From Candidatus Iainarchaeum sp. (GTDB lineage: Archaea > Iainarchaeota > Iainarchaeia > Iainarchaeales > JAAZKV01), in assembly GCA_026397015.1 (NCBI GenBank), contig JAPLVR010000002.1, forward strand, positions 1-50,917: 50,917 bases of DNA, given 5' to 3'. The notes under the pieces are model-generated. The model searched no databases and was not told where the DNA came from. It was given only the letters and a program-made list of their open reading frames with translations. Positions 18,630 through 27,206 of the stretch are shown here, in pieces; the first letter of the stretch is position 1, and each line of letters opens with the position of its first letter. Position numbers and translations under genes: made by a program.

Positions 18630-18776
18630 TTGAAATATTTTGCTGCCGATATTTTTGATTGCCTTCTGGGGGAATCCCCCATAAGCAAACGCGGTTGTTT
18701 ACTTGCTTTGGCTGTCGCTGTTTTAGTTTTTGCTGCGATGCGAAGATTTTAAATCAAGTTTCTGCCTTATCCTGTC

Positions 18777-19346
18777 ATGAAGCTGACCCTTATTGTTTTC
18801 AGGCACGGCGAAACTTCTTTCAACAAGGATAAGATTTTTTGCGGTTGGATTAACGCGCCGCTTAATGAAACCGGAATAGCGCAGGCGAAGGCGCTTGGAA
18901 AAAAGTTAAAGGATGAAAAAATAGATTGCGGTTTTTGTTCTGATCAGGTAAGGGGCATGCAGACCCTCGCGGCTGTTTTGGAATACCATCAGAAGGCAAA
19001 AGTCATAATCGATCATAGGATTCGTGAAAGGAATTACGGGATTTTTACTGGGCACAGCAAAATTATTTTCAAGCAGATTTTTCCGCGTTACTACGAAGAG
19101 GTTCATCGCGGATATCACACGGCCATACCAGGCGGAGAAAATTTTTTTCAGGTCGGCAAAAGGGTTTTTCCTTTCATGAATGATTTGGTGAAATTCATGC
19201 GTGAAAATAAGTGCAATGTCGCCATCAGCGCTCACGGAAATTCGATGCGCCTCATCCAGGAGTATTTGGAGAACCTTTCGCATGAAGAAACTTCAAAATT
19301 GGAAAACAGTCCCGCGGCTTACAAGAAGTATTGCCTTAATTTTTAG
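18777..19346 (+). CDS. Histidine phosphatase / dPGM-type phosphoglycerate mutase
   Basis: RHGET, FCGW, ERNYG, AHGNSMR. Confidence 0.88.
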   Translation: MKLTLIVFRHGETSFNKDKIFCGWINAPLNETGIAQAKALGKKLKDEKIDCGFCSDQVRGMQTLAAVLEYHQKAKVIIDHRIRERNYGIFTGHSKIIFKQIFPRYYEEVHRGYHTAIPGGENFFQVGKRVFPFMNDLVKFMRENKCNVAISAHGNSMRLIQEYLENLSHEETSKLENSPAAYKKYCLNF

Positions 19347-20395
19347 CTCGCTTGCTTTTTTTCTTCAGTCTTTTTATCTGCCTGCCCAACAGCGGGGCTT
19401 CCGGCATTGTCCTTTATTTTGAATATTCCTAAGATTAATAGTATTGCTCCGAGAATGAGCGAAACCGCGGACAAAATCATTGCGTTTCCCATAACTGAGC
19501 CGATTATTTCAGTTGCGACTCCGCTCATTACCGCGCCGATTTCGCCAGGCGCGTTGAGACCTCCGAGTATAATGCTATTCAAGGCAATTCCTAATCCAAT
19601 GCCGAGCAGCAACCCGATTAATCCGGCAAGCGCGAAGTAAGCTCCGATCCATTTCACCATGGCTTTTGTCGATTTGCAGATTACTTTGGTAATTAACGCA
19701 ACAATCCCGAGTATTGTTAAGAGAATTATTCCAATTATCATTACTATTATTGATGCAAGTTGAACCGTTTCTCTTACGCTATTCAATGCGGTTTTTGCTC
19801 CGCCGCCCATTGTCTGGTCCAAATCTATTTCCGAAGGAATTGAACCCATTACACCCTGCTGTGATAACAGCATATCCGAAATTTGTGAGGCGGTCATTCC
19901 CGGCGGAATGCATGTCGGCGTCCCCTCTTCGAGAACCCCTCCAATATTGTTCATGTCGCACGGCGGCAGGTCCTTTACCGATTTTTCGATGAGTTTTTTT
20001 ATTAGGTTTTTTCCAAAGTCCTTTCCGAGCGAAATTTTAAGATTTAATTCGTTGGTTTGCCCGTTTATGTAACTGAATGCGTTTCCTACAACCTGTTTAA
20101 TTTGTTCCTTTAAAAGTTCAGGGGTCAAAACTTCCCCTAACGCGCCTCCAATGTCAAAAGGGATTTCTCCAGCGCCGCTCTGTCCCTGCATAGGATATAA
20201 AGAGGTTATTATCGCAGGCATGCTTTCGTAGACGTGGTTTTTTTCAAGCGCGTTTAAGTATGTGTTAGGATCAAGAAGCACAATTCTCGCGCTCAGCCCG
20301 AAAACAAAAATCTGGAATCCCGCCACAAAGACAAGCATCAGCACCAAAAGGAAAATTATTTTTAAAATTTTCAGCACTGTTTTTCCCGCGCCCAT
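19343..20395 (-). CDS. Membrane protein with extracytoplasmic domain
   Basis: N-terminal TM, LPPC...CIPPG disulfide pair, three C-terminal TM helices. Confidence 0.7.
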   Translation of the reverse strand: MGAGKTVLKILKIIFLLVLMLVFVAGFQIFVFGLSARIVLLDPNTYLNALEKNHVYESMPAIITSLYPMQGQSGAGEIPFDIGGALGEVLTPELLKEQIKQVVGNAFSYINGQTNELNLKISLGKDFGKNLIKKLIEKSVKDLPPCDMNNIGGVLEEGTPTCIPPGMTASQISDMLLSQQGVMGSIPSEIDLDQTMGGGAKTALNSVRETVQLASIIVMIIGIILLTILGIVALITKVICKSTKAMVKWIGAYFALAGLIGLLLGIGLGIALNSIILGGLNAPGEIGAVMSGVATEIIGSVMGNAMILSAVSLILGAILLILGIFKIKDNAGSPAVGQADKKTEEKKQAS

Positions 20396-20454
20396 AAAAT
20401 CACCTTGTTTATTTGCTGTTTTCTTGGCAATTCATGCGATGCAAAATATTTAAA

Positions 20455-21450
20455 TTATTTCGAGAGCTTAAATGCGGCTGCGACTAATATGGGAAATATT
20501 ATGCTTGCTTCGCCCCAGACTTTGACCGAATTCTCAGTGGGAGCCGCCTTTCCCCAGCTCTTTGCCTCTTCTGGGTTCGCGCCCGCGTTGCTCCCTTCCC
20601 CCTCATAGCCGGTGTTGATGTAGACAGTGTAATCTACCCCTTCCTTTAGAAGGAATGCATTCATTATGTGGTGTTTCGGCACGGAGCCGCCGATTATTAT
20701 TGCCCCGCTCTTTTTCACCTCGAAAGCCCTGTCATAAATAATTTCGACTTCTTTCGTCAAATCAATTTTGAAATCTGGGTGTTCCTTCTTGAACAGGTAG
20801 ATGTGGTCCCCTATCGCGCCGTCGGCAAGCGGAACGCAAAGCAGCGGGATATTGTTTTTGTACGCCCAGTAGACATATGATTCCCTGTAATTTCTCTTTC
20901 CCTCAATTTCTTTCCCAAGCTCCCTTATGAATTCCACGCTGTCTGCGATTTCGCCGGTTTTCTTTTGCTCCCGGTAAAGCCTTTCAATTACGGGTCTGGT
21001 GAATTTTTCGAACCAAATGTACCGTTCGTTAGGAACAAAAATATTTCCCGTCCTGTTGACACCTTTTTGTCTCAAAAATTTTCCGTCGGCTTCGAAGTTT
21101 CCGTGCAAAAAGGGCGCATGGGTTTTCATTATGTCTTCTTCAATTCCGCCCGTGGTCGTGACCAAAAAATGGACAAGTTTGTTCCTCGCTAAATAGGTTA
21201 CAGTTTCTCTCAATCCGCAGCTTATTACGTTTGATGTAAAGCCGAAAAAGATTTCAGCCCTTTCTTCCCGCATTTTTTTGATGAGCCCAATCGCTTTCCC
21301 TATATTGGTTGCCTGGAAGCCGGTGTCTTTGTACGCCTCAAAGAATTTTTTTGCATTAAATTTTTTGTCGAAGTTGTACCCCTTTATTGCGCCGTGGCCT
21401 ATCTCTTTTGACTTTTTGAACAATGCTTTTCTTGGATTTGGTTTTTTCAT
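20455..21450 (-). CDS. dys: Deoxyhypusine synthase
   Basis: TGFQAT, TSNVISCGLRE, TTTGGIEED, GGSVPKHH, EAKSWGK. Confidence 0.95.
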   Translation of the reverse strand: MKKPNPRKALFKKSKEIGHGAIKGYNFDKKFNAKKFFEAYKDTGFQATNIGKAIGLIKKMREERAEIFFGFTSNVISCGLRETVTYLARNKLVHFLVTTTGGIEEDIMKTHAPFLHGNFEADGKFLRQKGVNRTGNIFVPNERYIWFEKFTRPVIERLYREQKKTGEIADSVEFIRELGKEIEGKRNYRESYVYWAYKNNIPLLCVPLADGAIGDHIYLFKKEHPDFKIDLTKEVEIIYDRAFEVKKSGAIIIGGSVPKHHIMNAFLLKEGVDYTVYINTGYEGEGSNAGANPEEAKSWGKAAPTENSVKVWGEASIIFPILVAAAFKLSK

Positions 21451-21484
21451 AATTTTCACTTTTACAAATTTTTTTCGCCAGGTG

Positions 21485-21608
21485 TTTTTTCGCCACTAAG
21501 CAAAAGCCCGTGCTTTTGCGAAGCGTGACAAAACTTTTGTTTTGCCACGGCCTTTTTCGTAAAAAGGCTCAATTGTTTTTTTCGCCAGCCTTTTTCGTAA
21601 AAAGGCTG
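21485..21608. repeat. Multi-hairpin intergenic repeat, copy A (REP/MITE-like)
   Basis: GCAAAAGC..GCTTTTGC, CGTGACAAAAC..GTTTTGCCACG and GCCTTTTTCGTAAAAAGGC (twice); aligns with 39125-39201. Confidence 0.8.
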
Positions 21609-21609
21609 A

Positions 21610-21681
21610 TGGGAAGGGGGAGAGTCGAACTCCCGACCGCACGATTATCAGTCGTGTGCTCCACCACTGAGCTACCCTCCC
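21610..21681 (-). tRNA. tRNA-Ile(GAT)
   Basis: GGGAGGGTAGCTCAGTGGTGGAGCACACGACTGATAATCGTGCGGTCGGGAGTTCGACTCTCCCCCTTCCCA. Confidence 0.95.
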
Positions 21682-21787
21682 AAAACTATCATTTTTATTT
21701 ACGTCGAATGCTTTGACTGCGTCAAAACGTAGAAAATAGAGGATAACAGTTTTTTTAAATTATCCAGCTACAATTATTTAGACTTTC

Positions 21788-21860
21788 AGCCCCTTCGTCT
21801 AGTGGCCAAGGATGCAGGCCTTTGAAGCCTGAGACCCCAGTTCAAATCTGGGAGGGGCTA
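21788..21860 (+). tRNA. tRNA-Gln(TTG)
   Basis: A1-U72 pair (archaeal GatDE identity element); CAGGC-CTTTGAA-GCCTG anticodon arm. Confidence 0.95.
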
Positions 21861-21888
21861 ATTGGGTATTTTTAAAGAGGTGTTTTGA

Positions 21889-22221
21889 ATGACTTTGGAT
21901 ATTGAGAGAGAAATCGTTCGCAGGAAAGCGGCCGAGCAGAAGCTGGCGAAGGTGAAGGAGCGGTTTGAGATGGCGAGAAAGATAAGAGAGGAGTTTGAGG
22001 CTGAATTTGAAAACAGATTGATAACTTTGCTTACCACTGCGTTGGGTGTTGTTGCCGCGCTTTTTTGGCAAACCGCCATAATGGATACCATAAAGACGCT
22101 CATCCCCATCGGGGGCGCGTGGTATTACGAGCTTTTGATTGCATTTATTGTGACAATTTTGGCGGCTCTCTCAATCCTCGCAATTTCAAGGCTTCCAAAA
22201 AAGCGTCTTGAAAAGCAGTAA
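21889..22221 (+). CDS. DUF5654-like small membrane protein
   Basis: LITLLTTALGVVAALFW..AI pattern, two TM helices. Confidence 0.7.
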   Translation: MTLDIEREIVRRKAAEQKLAKVKERFEMARKIREEFEAEFENRLITLLTTALGVVAALFWQTAIMDTIKTLIPIGGAWYYELLIAFIVTILAALSILAISRLPKKRLEKQ

Positions 22222-22246
22222 ATTTTTTTAGAAAGGTTGTGGAAAA

Positions 22247-23320
22247 ATGATGCGGAAAATCGAGAAAATTTTTGTGTGGTTCTTGGTTTTCATACCCATC
22301 AGTTACTACTTCGGTTTTTTCACAACAGATTCAATGCTGACTTTTATAACATCAATCCTTGCAATAATCGCGCTTGCAAGAGTGATAGGTTACGCAACAA
22401 ATCAGATTGTTTTGCAGACCAATCCGATGGTCGGCGGGCTTGCAAACGCGACCTTTGGAAACATGATTGAACTTATAATTGCAATTCTTGCTTTAAGGGT
22501 CGGGCTCACAGGGCTTGTGCAGGCATCGATTGTCGGAAGCATAATCGGAAACATTTTGCTGCTTATAGGTTTGAGTGTCCTTTTCGGCGGGCTCCGTTAC
22601 AAGGAGCAAAAATTCAATAAGACTTCAATCGGAATTTCCTCGACAATGCTGATAATTGCGGTTGCAGGCCTCACTATTCCGACCGCATATTCAATTGCAA
22701 CAGGTTTGGGGAGTTCTTCGGCCCAAGTGCAAATGGTTAGCAATGCCGTTGCTCTTGTTCTTGCCATTACCTATGTTGCCGGGCTTGTGTTTGCGTTTTT
22801 CACCCACAAGCATTTGTTCGATTCCAGCGATGAAATAAAATCTGCGCGGGAGGCGCCGAGCATGAGCATTCAAAAAGCTGTTTTGATTTTGCTTGCCGCG
22901 GTAGTTCTTGTTTCAATTGATTCTGAATTTCTTGTCACCGAATTCCAGCAGGTTTCCTCCACAATAGGGCTGACCCAGACATTTGTAGGTGTTGTTGTTA
23001 TTGCAATTATTACAAATATTGCCGAAAAGGTTAATGCAATTCATTTTGCGATGCGCGACAAGCTTGATATTGCGCTTGAAATCGGGCTGAGCAGCGCAAT
23101 ACAAATCGCGCTTATTGTTGTTCCGCTACTTGTTGTCATAAGCCAGCTTTTTAACTTCGGGTTTTCGCTTGTGTTTCCTGTTTTTGAGATAATAGGGGTG
23201 ATATTTGCCGTCATGATTGTGAATTATCTCTCAGCTGACGGAAAATGCAACTGGCTCGAAGGAGTTCAGCTGCTCTCGGTTTATTTCATTTTAATTGTTG
23301 CATTCTATTTTATTGCTTAG
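22247..23320 (+). CDS. cax: Ca2+/H+ antiporter (CAX family)
   Basis: GGLANATFGNMIELII, GSIIGNILL, NIAE, SSAIQIAL, NWLEGVQLL. Confidence 0.92.
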   Translation: MMRKIEKIFVWFLVFIPISYYFGFFTTDSMLTFITSILAIIALARVIGYATNQIVLQTNPMVGGLANATFGNMIELIIAILALRVGLTGLVQASIVGSIIGNILLLIGLSVLFGGLRYKEQKFNKTSIGISSTMLIIAVAGLTIPTAYSIATGLGSSSAQVQMVSNAVALVLAITYVAGLVFAFFTHKHLFDSSDEIKSAREAPSMSIQKAVLILLAAVVLVSIDSEFLVTEFQQVSSTIGLTQTFVGVVVIAIITNIAEKVNAIHFAMRDKLDIALEIGLSSAIQIALIVVPLLVVISQLFNFGFSLVFPVFEIIGVIFAVMIVNYLSADGKCNWLEGVQLLSVYFILIVAFYFIA

Positions 23321-23326
23321 ATTTCA

Positions 23327-24037
23327 TCAGCCGAGATAAAACTCTCTTTTGCCATCGGGAAACTTCTCAATCGCATACCTGAGCATTGTCCGCGGCATTT
23401 TTTTGTAATACTTTTTAAGGAATTTTTCCTCCGCCGCCAAATCCCTTTTCCCGACTTCCCTTAGCATCCATCCGGCCGCTTTGTGAATAAGGTCGTGTTT
23501 GTCCTTCAGGAGGATTTCCGAAATTTTCAGCGCATCCGAGAATTCGTTGTTTCTTATGAATGTATATGTGGCAAGGATCGCGATTCTTCTTTCCCACAAA
23601 TTTTTTGATTTTGCGAGTTTGTAAAGAATTTTTCTGTCCTTGCCCAGCAAATAATTGCCAGGGATGTTCGGCGCCGACAAGTCCACCAAATCCCAGTTAT
23701 TTATTTTTTTCGTGTGTTTTAAATAAAAATCAAAAATTTTCTTTTTTCCAAATTCATCGGCTTCTTTTTTCGCCTTTTCATAATTTCCAACCAGGATGAA
23801 TAACCCAACCATTCTGTGTTCATGGACGCCGCTGTCCAACAATTTGTGTATTTCTTTCAGCCTCAGATTGGGAAACTTTTTTGCAACTTCCCTCTGCCTC
23901 GGAACCTTTATTCCGAGGAAAATGCCCCCTTCGCCGTATTCCCCCTTTCCCGTTTTGAAAAAACGTTGAAGGATTTTTGCCTGCTTGGCATTTGAAAGCT
24001 TTTGCAGTTCTTTTTTTACTTCGTCAGCAGTTATCAT
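23327..24037 (-). CDS. DNA alkylation repair protein (AlkD-like)
   Basis: FFKTGKGEYGEG, NNWDLVD, WERR, HKAAGWMLRE, PRTMLRYAIE. Confidence 0.92.
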   Translation of the reverse strand: MITADEVKKELQKLSNAKQAKILQRFFKTGKGEYGEGGIFLGIKVPRQREVAKKFPNLRLKEIHKLLDSGVHEHRMVGLFILVGNYEKAKKEADEFGKKKIFDFYLKHTKKINNWDLVDLSAPNIPGNYLLGKDRKILYKLAKSKNLWERRIAILATYTFIRNNEFSDALKISEILLKDKHDLIHKAAGWMLREVGKRDLAAEEKFLKKYYKKMPRTMLRYAIEKFPDGKREFYLG

Positions 24038-24054
24038 CAAAATCCACTTGGGTT

Positions 24055-24486
24055 TCACATTCTGAAAAAAAGCTTTATGCACGGCTTGAAATCCAGCACC
24101 GTTTCAAGTTCCAACGATTCTTTTGGCGTAACCCATTTGAAGCCCAGGTGTTCCTCGTTTCTGATTTTTATTTCAGGCTTTTTTGGAAGTTTTGCATTGA
24201 ACATATGGTATATGAAGTCATGCGTCGGATACCTCACAAATATTTTTTTGAAATAGGAAACTTTTTCCTGTTCAAGTTCAATTCCGGTTTCCTCGAAAAC
24301 TTCCCTCAGGATTGCTTCCTCTTTTTTCTCGCCCGCATCGATTTTTCCCGCGGGAAGCCCCCACTTCCCGCCTTCCGGCTTGTGGATTTGCCTCTGCAGC
24401 ATCAAAAATTCATTTTCTGCTTCAATTATGCAGCTCACGATTTCAACTTTCGATTTGAAGTTTTCCGGCTCTTTTTCATAAATCAT
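24055..24486 (-). CDS. NUDIX hydrolase
   Basis: Nudix box PAGKIDAGEKKEEAILREVFEETG. Confidence 0.9.
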   Translation of the reverse strand: MIYEKEPENFKSKVEIVSCIIEAENEFLMLQRQIHKPEGGKWGLPAGKIDAGEKKEEAILREVFEETGIELEQEKVSYFKKIFVRYPTHDFIYHMFNAKLPKKPEIKIRNEEHLGFKWVTPKESLELETVLDFKPCIKLFFRM

Positions 24487-24502
24487 TTTTTTCCTCCACG
24501 AG

Positions 24503-25531
24503 TCATATTTCAATAATTTCGTATTCTTTCTTTCCGAGGCCGATTTTTTCCGCGTAATCAAATATGTGCCCGCCAAACAAAAACTTTCTGCCTTCTTTTT
24601 TGGCCAGGAGGTCTAGGCACGCCCCGTCCAATGCAACCGGGTCCTTTGAGGCGAGCACGCCCAAATCTGAATAAACGGGCTTCATTTTGTGCTTTATGCA
24701 GTCACAGTTGTCCGTTACGTTGAAGATAAAATTAATGTATGCCGCTTCCTTTCCCCTTTGGGCGGCGTAGGCATATTCCGCCATTTTTTCCATGAATTTG
24801 CTTGGCGTTATGGAAAGCCAATTTACCCCCATTGCCCTGTTCGGACAGACCGCGATGCAAGCGGCACAGCCGGTGCATTTTTTGTAGTCGATTCTTGGGA
24901 CCAACCCGATTATGATTGCGTCTGTCGGGCAGCTTTTGGTGCAGGTTTTGCATTTTTTGCATTTTAATGGGTTGAGGGTCGGCTTGGAGTTTGCGTGCAT
25001 TTCAAGCTTTCCTGTCCTTGCCGCGCAGCCCATCCCGAGCTGTTTTAGCGCGCCGCCGAAGCCGGTTTCCATATGTCCTTTGAAGTGCGCAAGCACGACC
25101 ATTTGTTTCGTGTCAGCAATAACTTTTCCGATTTTGCATTTCTTGAAATGATTTTTGTTTATTTCAACTTCTTCAAACGCTTCGCCCATTTTTCCGTCGG
25201 CAATCTTTATCGGCAGGTAGCCGAATCCGTGTTTTTTTGCGAGGGCAATGTGGCTTTCTTCCGTTGTCCTTTCGCTTTTGTACAAAACGTTTGTGTCTGT
25301 GAAAAAAGGTCTTGCCCCGCTTTTTTTAAGATGCTCCGCAATTCCTCCAAAATTTTCCGCGCCAATGAAAGTTATGTTTCCCTCCTCCCCGAAATGTACT
25401 TTTATTGGAACCTTGCCCCTGAATTTTATTCCGCTTTCCTCTTCAACTTTTTCAAGCAGTTCCGCCGCCGCTGCGCTGATTTCACTTGTCTTTGAATAGG
25501 AATCAATTTTTTTGAGGTAAACTTTTTCCAT
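24503..25531 (-). CDS. DUF362 domain Fe-S protein
   Basis: KVHFGE.GN, HFKGH...GFGGALKQLGMG, two CxxCxxCxxxCP, DPVALD. Confidence 0.9.
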   Translation of the reverse strand: MEKVYLKKIDSYSKTSEISAAAAELLEKVEEESGIKFRGKVPIKVHFGEEGNITFIGAENFGGIAEHLKKSGARPFFTDTNVLYKSERTTEESHIALAKKHGFGYLPIKIADGKMGEAFEEVEINKNHFKKCKIGKVIADTKQMVVLAHFKGHMETGFGGALKQLGMGCAARTGKLEMHANSKPTLNPLKCKKCKTCTKSCPTDAIIIGLVPRIDYKKCTGCAACIAVCPNRAMGVNWLSITPSKFMEKMAEYAYAAQRGKEAAYINFIFNVTDNCDCIKHKMKPVYSDLGVLASKDPVALDGACLDLLAKKEGRKFLFGGHIFDYAEKIGLGKKEYEIIEI

Positions 25532-25589
25532 GCAATAGCTTCCTACGCTTGCTTTTTTATTATTATTGAAGCTGTTTTATTTTGTAATT

Positions 25590-26030
25590 ATGGAAAAAAG
25601 GCGGCTTGTCGGCATAATCGTTTTCGACGGGGAGAAATTTCTTCTCCTTCACCGTGTTTTGAACTGGAGGGGGTGGGAGTACCCGAAGGGCGGTTTAAAC
25701 GGGGATGAAACTTGCGAGGGTGCAATCGGAAGGGAGTTGTTTGAGGAAACGGGGCTGAAAAAGTTTGAAATAATTTCAAAGGTGAATGAATTCAGTTTTT
25801 TTGACAGCAGCAGAAGAGCGGATTCAATCATTACCAATTATTTGGTCCGCGTTTCAAGCAATTCAAAAGTTTCCTTCCGGCATCAGGCACTTGAGAACGG
25901 CGAATTGGAAATAGAGCACGATTCCTTCAAATGGTTCTTTCCCAAGAAAGCGGTGCAGGCGCTTACTCACAAGGACAAGAAGGAAACCCTTAGAGAGACC
26001 ATAAAGATACTCGGGCTGGAAGGAGCCTGA
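25590..26030 (+). CDS. NUDIX hydrolase (Ap4A hydrolase-like)
   Basis: WEYPKGG..GDE......RELFEETG; EHDSFKW. Confidence 0.88.
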   Translation: MEKRRLVGIIVFDGEKFLLLHRVLNWRGWEYPKGGLNGDETCEGAIGRELFEETGLKKFEIISKVNEFSFFDSSRRADSIITNYLVRVSSNSKVSFRHQALENGELEIEHDSFKWFFPKKAVQALTHKDKKETLRETIKILGLEGA

Positions 26031-26048
26031 TTTTTTGCAGGTGATTTG

Positions 26049-26252
26049 ATGAGTTTTGACATGTTTGGGAAAAAAGAGGAAATCAAAGAAAATATTTCTG
26101 AAGAAAAAAACGAGGCTTCTGTGCCGCAGGGAAAGTATTCCGAGCCATGCGCTTTATGCGGAAAGGGTCCGAGCGACAAGAAGTGGGCCGGAAATTATTG
26201 GCACAAAAAGTGTTTGCGCCGCGCGAAAAAAGGCGCGATGAAAATGGTTTGA
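26049..26252 (+). CDS. Small zinc-finger protein
   Basis: CALC...WHKKC motif; GGTGA RBS upstream. Confidence 0.65.
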   Translation: MSFDMFGKKEEIKENISEEKNEASVPQGKYSEPCALCGKGPSDKKWAGNYWHKKCLRRAKKGAMKMV

Positions 26253-26312
26253 AATAGTTTTTCAAAGGTAAATTTGCGTAGTTTTTTTGATTTGTGAGGT
26301 CTTTGGCACAAA

Positions 26313-27206
26313 TCATAATCTTTTTAGAACGCGTTGCATTTTTTTGTTAACGGCCTTGTCTATAGTGGCTGCTTTTTGGCGGGTAATGCCGTATCTTTTC
26401 GCGATTTCGGTTACTGTGGACGGATTTCCGTTGAAGCCCTTTTTTGCAATCCAGATTTCTTTGTCGCGATCTTTTATATTCAGTTTTTTAAGTCCCTTGA
26501 GAACTTCGCTTATTAAATCCCTTCTTTCCAGTTCTTTACGCAAATTTTTTCTATCGGCGAGCGTGTCTCCAAACGCCAATGTGTCATACCCTTTCAGGGG
26601 AGCGTCAATTGAAACAATTGAAATTTTTGATTCGAGTCCTCTTTTGACCTGTTTAATGTTCAAACCGGCAGATTTTGCGATTTCCTCCACAGTCGGATTT
26701 TTTCCAAGTGCAATTAAAGCATTTTCTGTCCTTTTTATTTTATTTTGCAGATTTTGCATGCATACAGGGATTCGTATTGTTTTTTCTTTGTTCTGATATT
26801 CTCGCAGTATTTGCCTTTCAATTGTTTTAGCCGCATAGGTTGAGAATTTCGCCCCGGTCTTTTTTGCTTTCGCCGGATCAAACTTTTTTACCGCAAGTTT
26901 TAGTGCACCCTCACCGATTGAAGTAAGATAAGGGAGGTCCAAATTTTTTGTCGCGTGTGTCTGTTCAAATCGGCTTGCAATTGAAACCACTAAGCGCAGG
27001 TGGGAATTGCATATCTCCTGCATAGCGTTTTTGTCGCCTTTTTTCGCCCTTTCAACAAGCATTGCGACTTTTTTCTGCTGGATGAATTTTGTCTGGTGGA
27101 CTCTGCGGAGGTATGCTGCCGGGGCACCCGTAGCGGCCCGGCGTTTTTCCAATTCTGGGGGTATTGGTTTGGGCTTCTTTCCGGGCAGGTTTAGGCTTCT
27201 TTTCAT
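26313..27206 (-). CDS. Sigma-70 family (RpoD/RpoS-like) RNA polymerase sigma-factor homolog, divergent
   Basis: GDKNAMQEICNSHLRLVVSIA (r2.1), AVKKFDP..GAKFSTYA (r2.2-2.3), TIRIPV (r2.4/3.0), PTVEEIA and VSIDAP (r3), TVTEIAKRYGITRQ (r4.2 HTH). Confidence 0.9.
   Translation of the reverse strand: MKRSLNLPGKKPKPIPPELEKRRAATGAPAAYLRRVHQTKFIQQKKVAMLVERAKKGDKNAMQEICNSHLRLVVSIASRFEQTHATKNLDLPYLTSIGEGALKLAVKKFDPAKAKKTGAKFSTYAAKTIERQILREYQNKEKTIRIPVCMQNLQNKIKRTENALIALGKNPTVEEIAKSAGLNIKQVKRGLESKISIVSIDAPLKGYDTLAFGDTLADRKNLRKELERRDLISEVLKGLKKLNIKDRDKEIWIAKKGFNGNPSTVTEIAKRYGITRQKAATIDKAVNKKMQRVLKRL

Noticed and set aside
18630-18752. 40-codon TTG ORF with a hydrophobic C-terminus between the DJ-1 and phosphoglycerate mutase genes
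   Set aside because: No clear RBS or homology; cannot be supported from sequence alone.
26313-27206. Sigma gene as bacterial contamination or chimeric assembly
   Set aside because: It overlaps the archaeal gatE stop by 4 nt, has similar codon style and shows no mobile-element boundaries; read mapping is still needed for proof.
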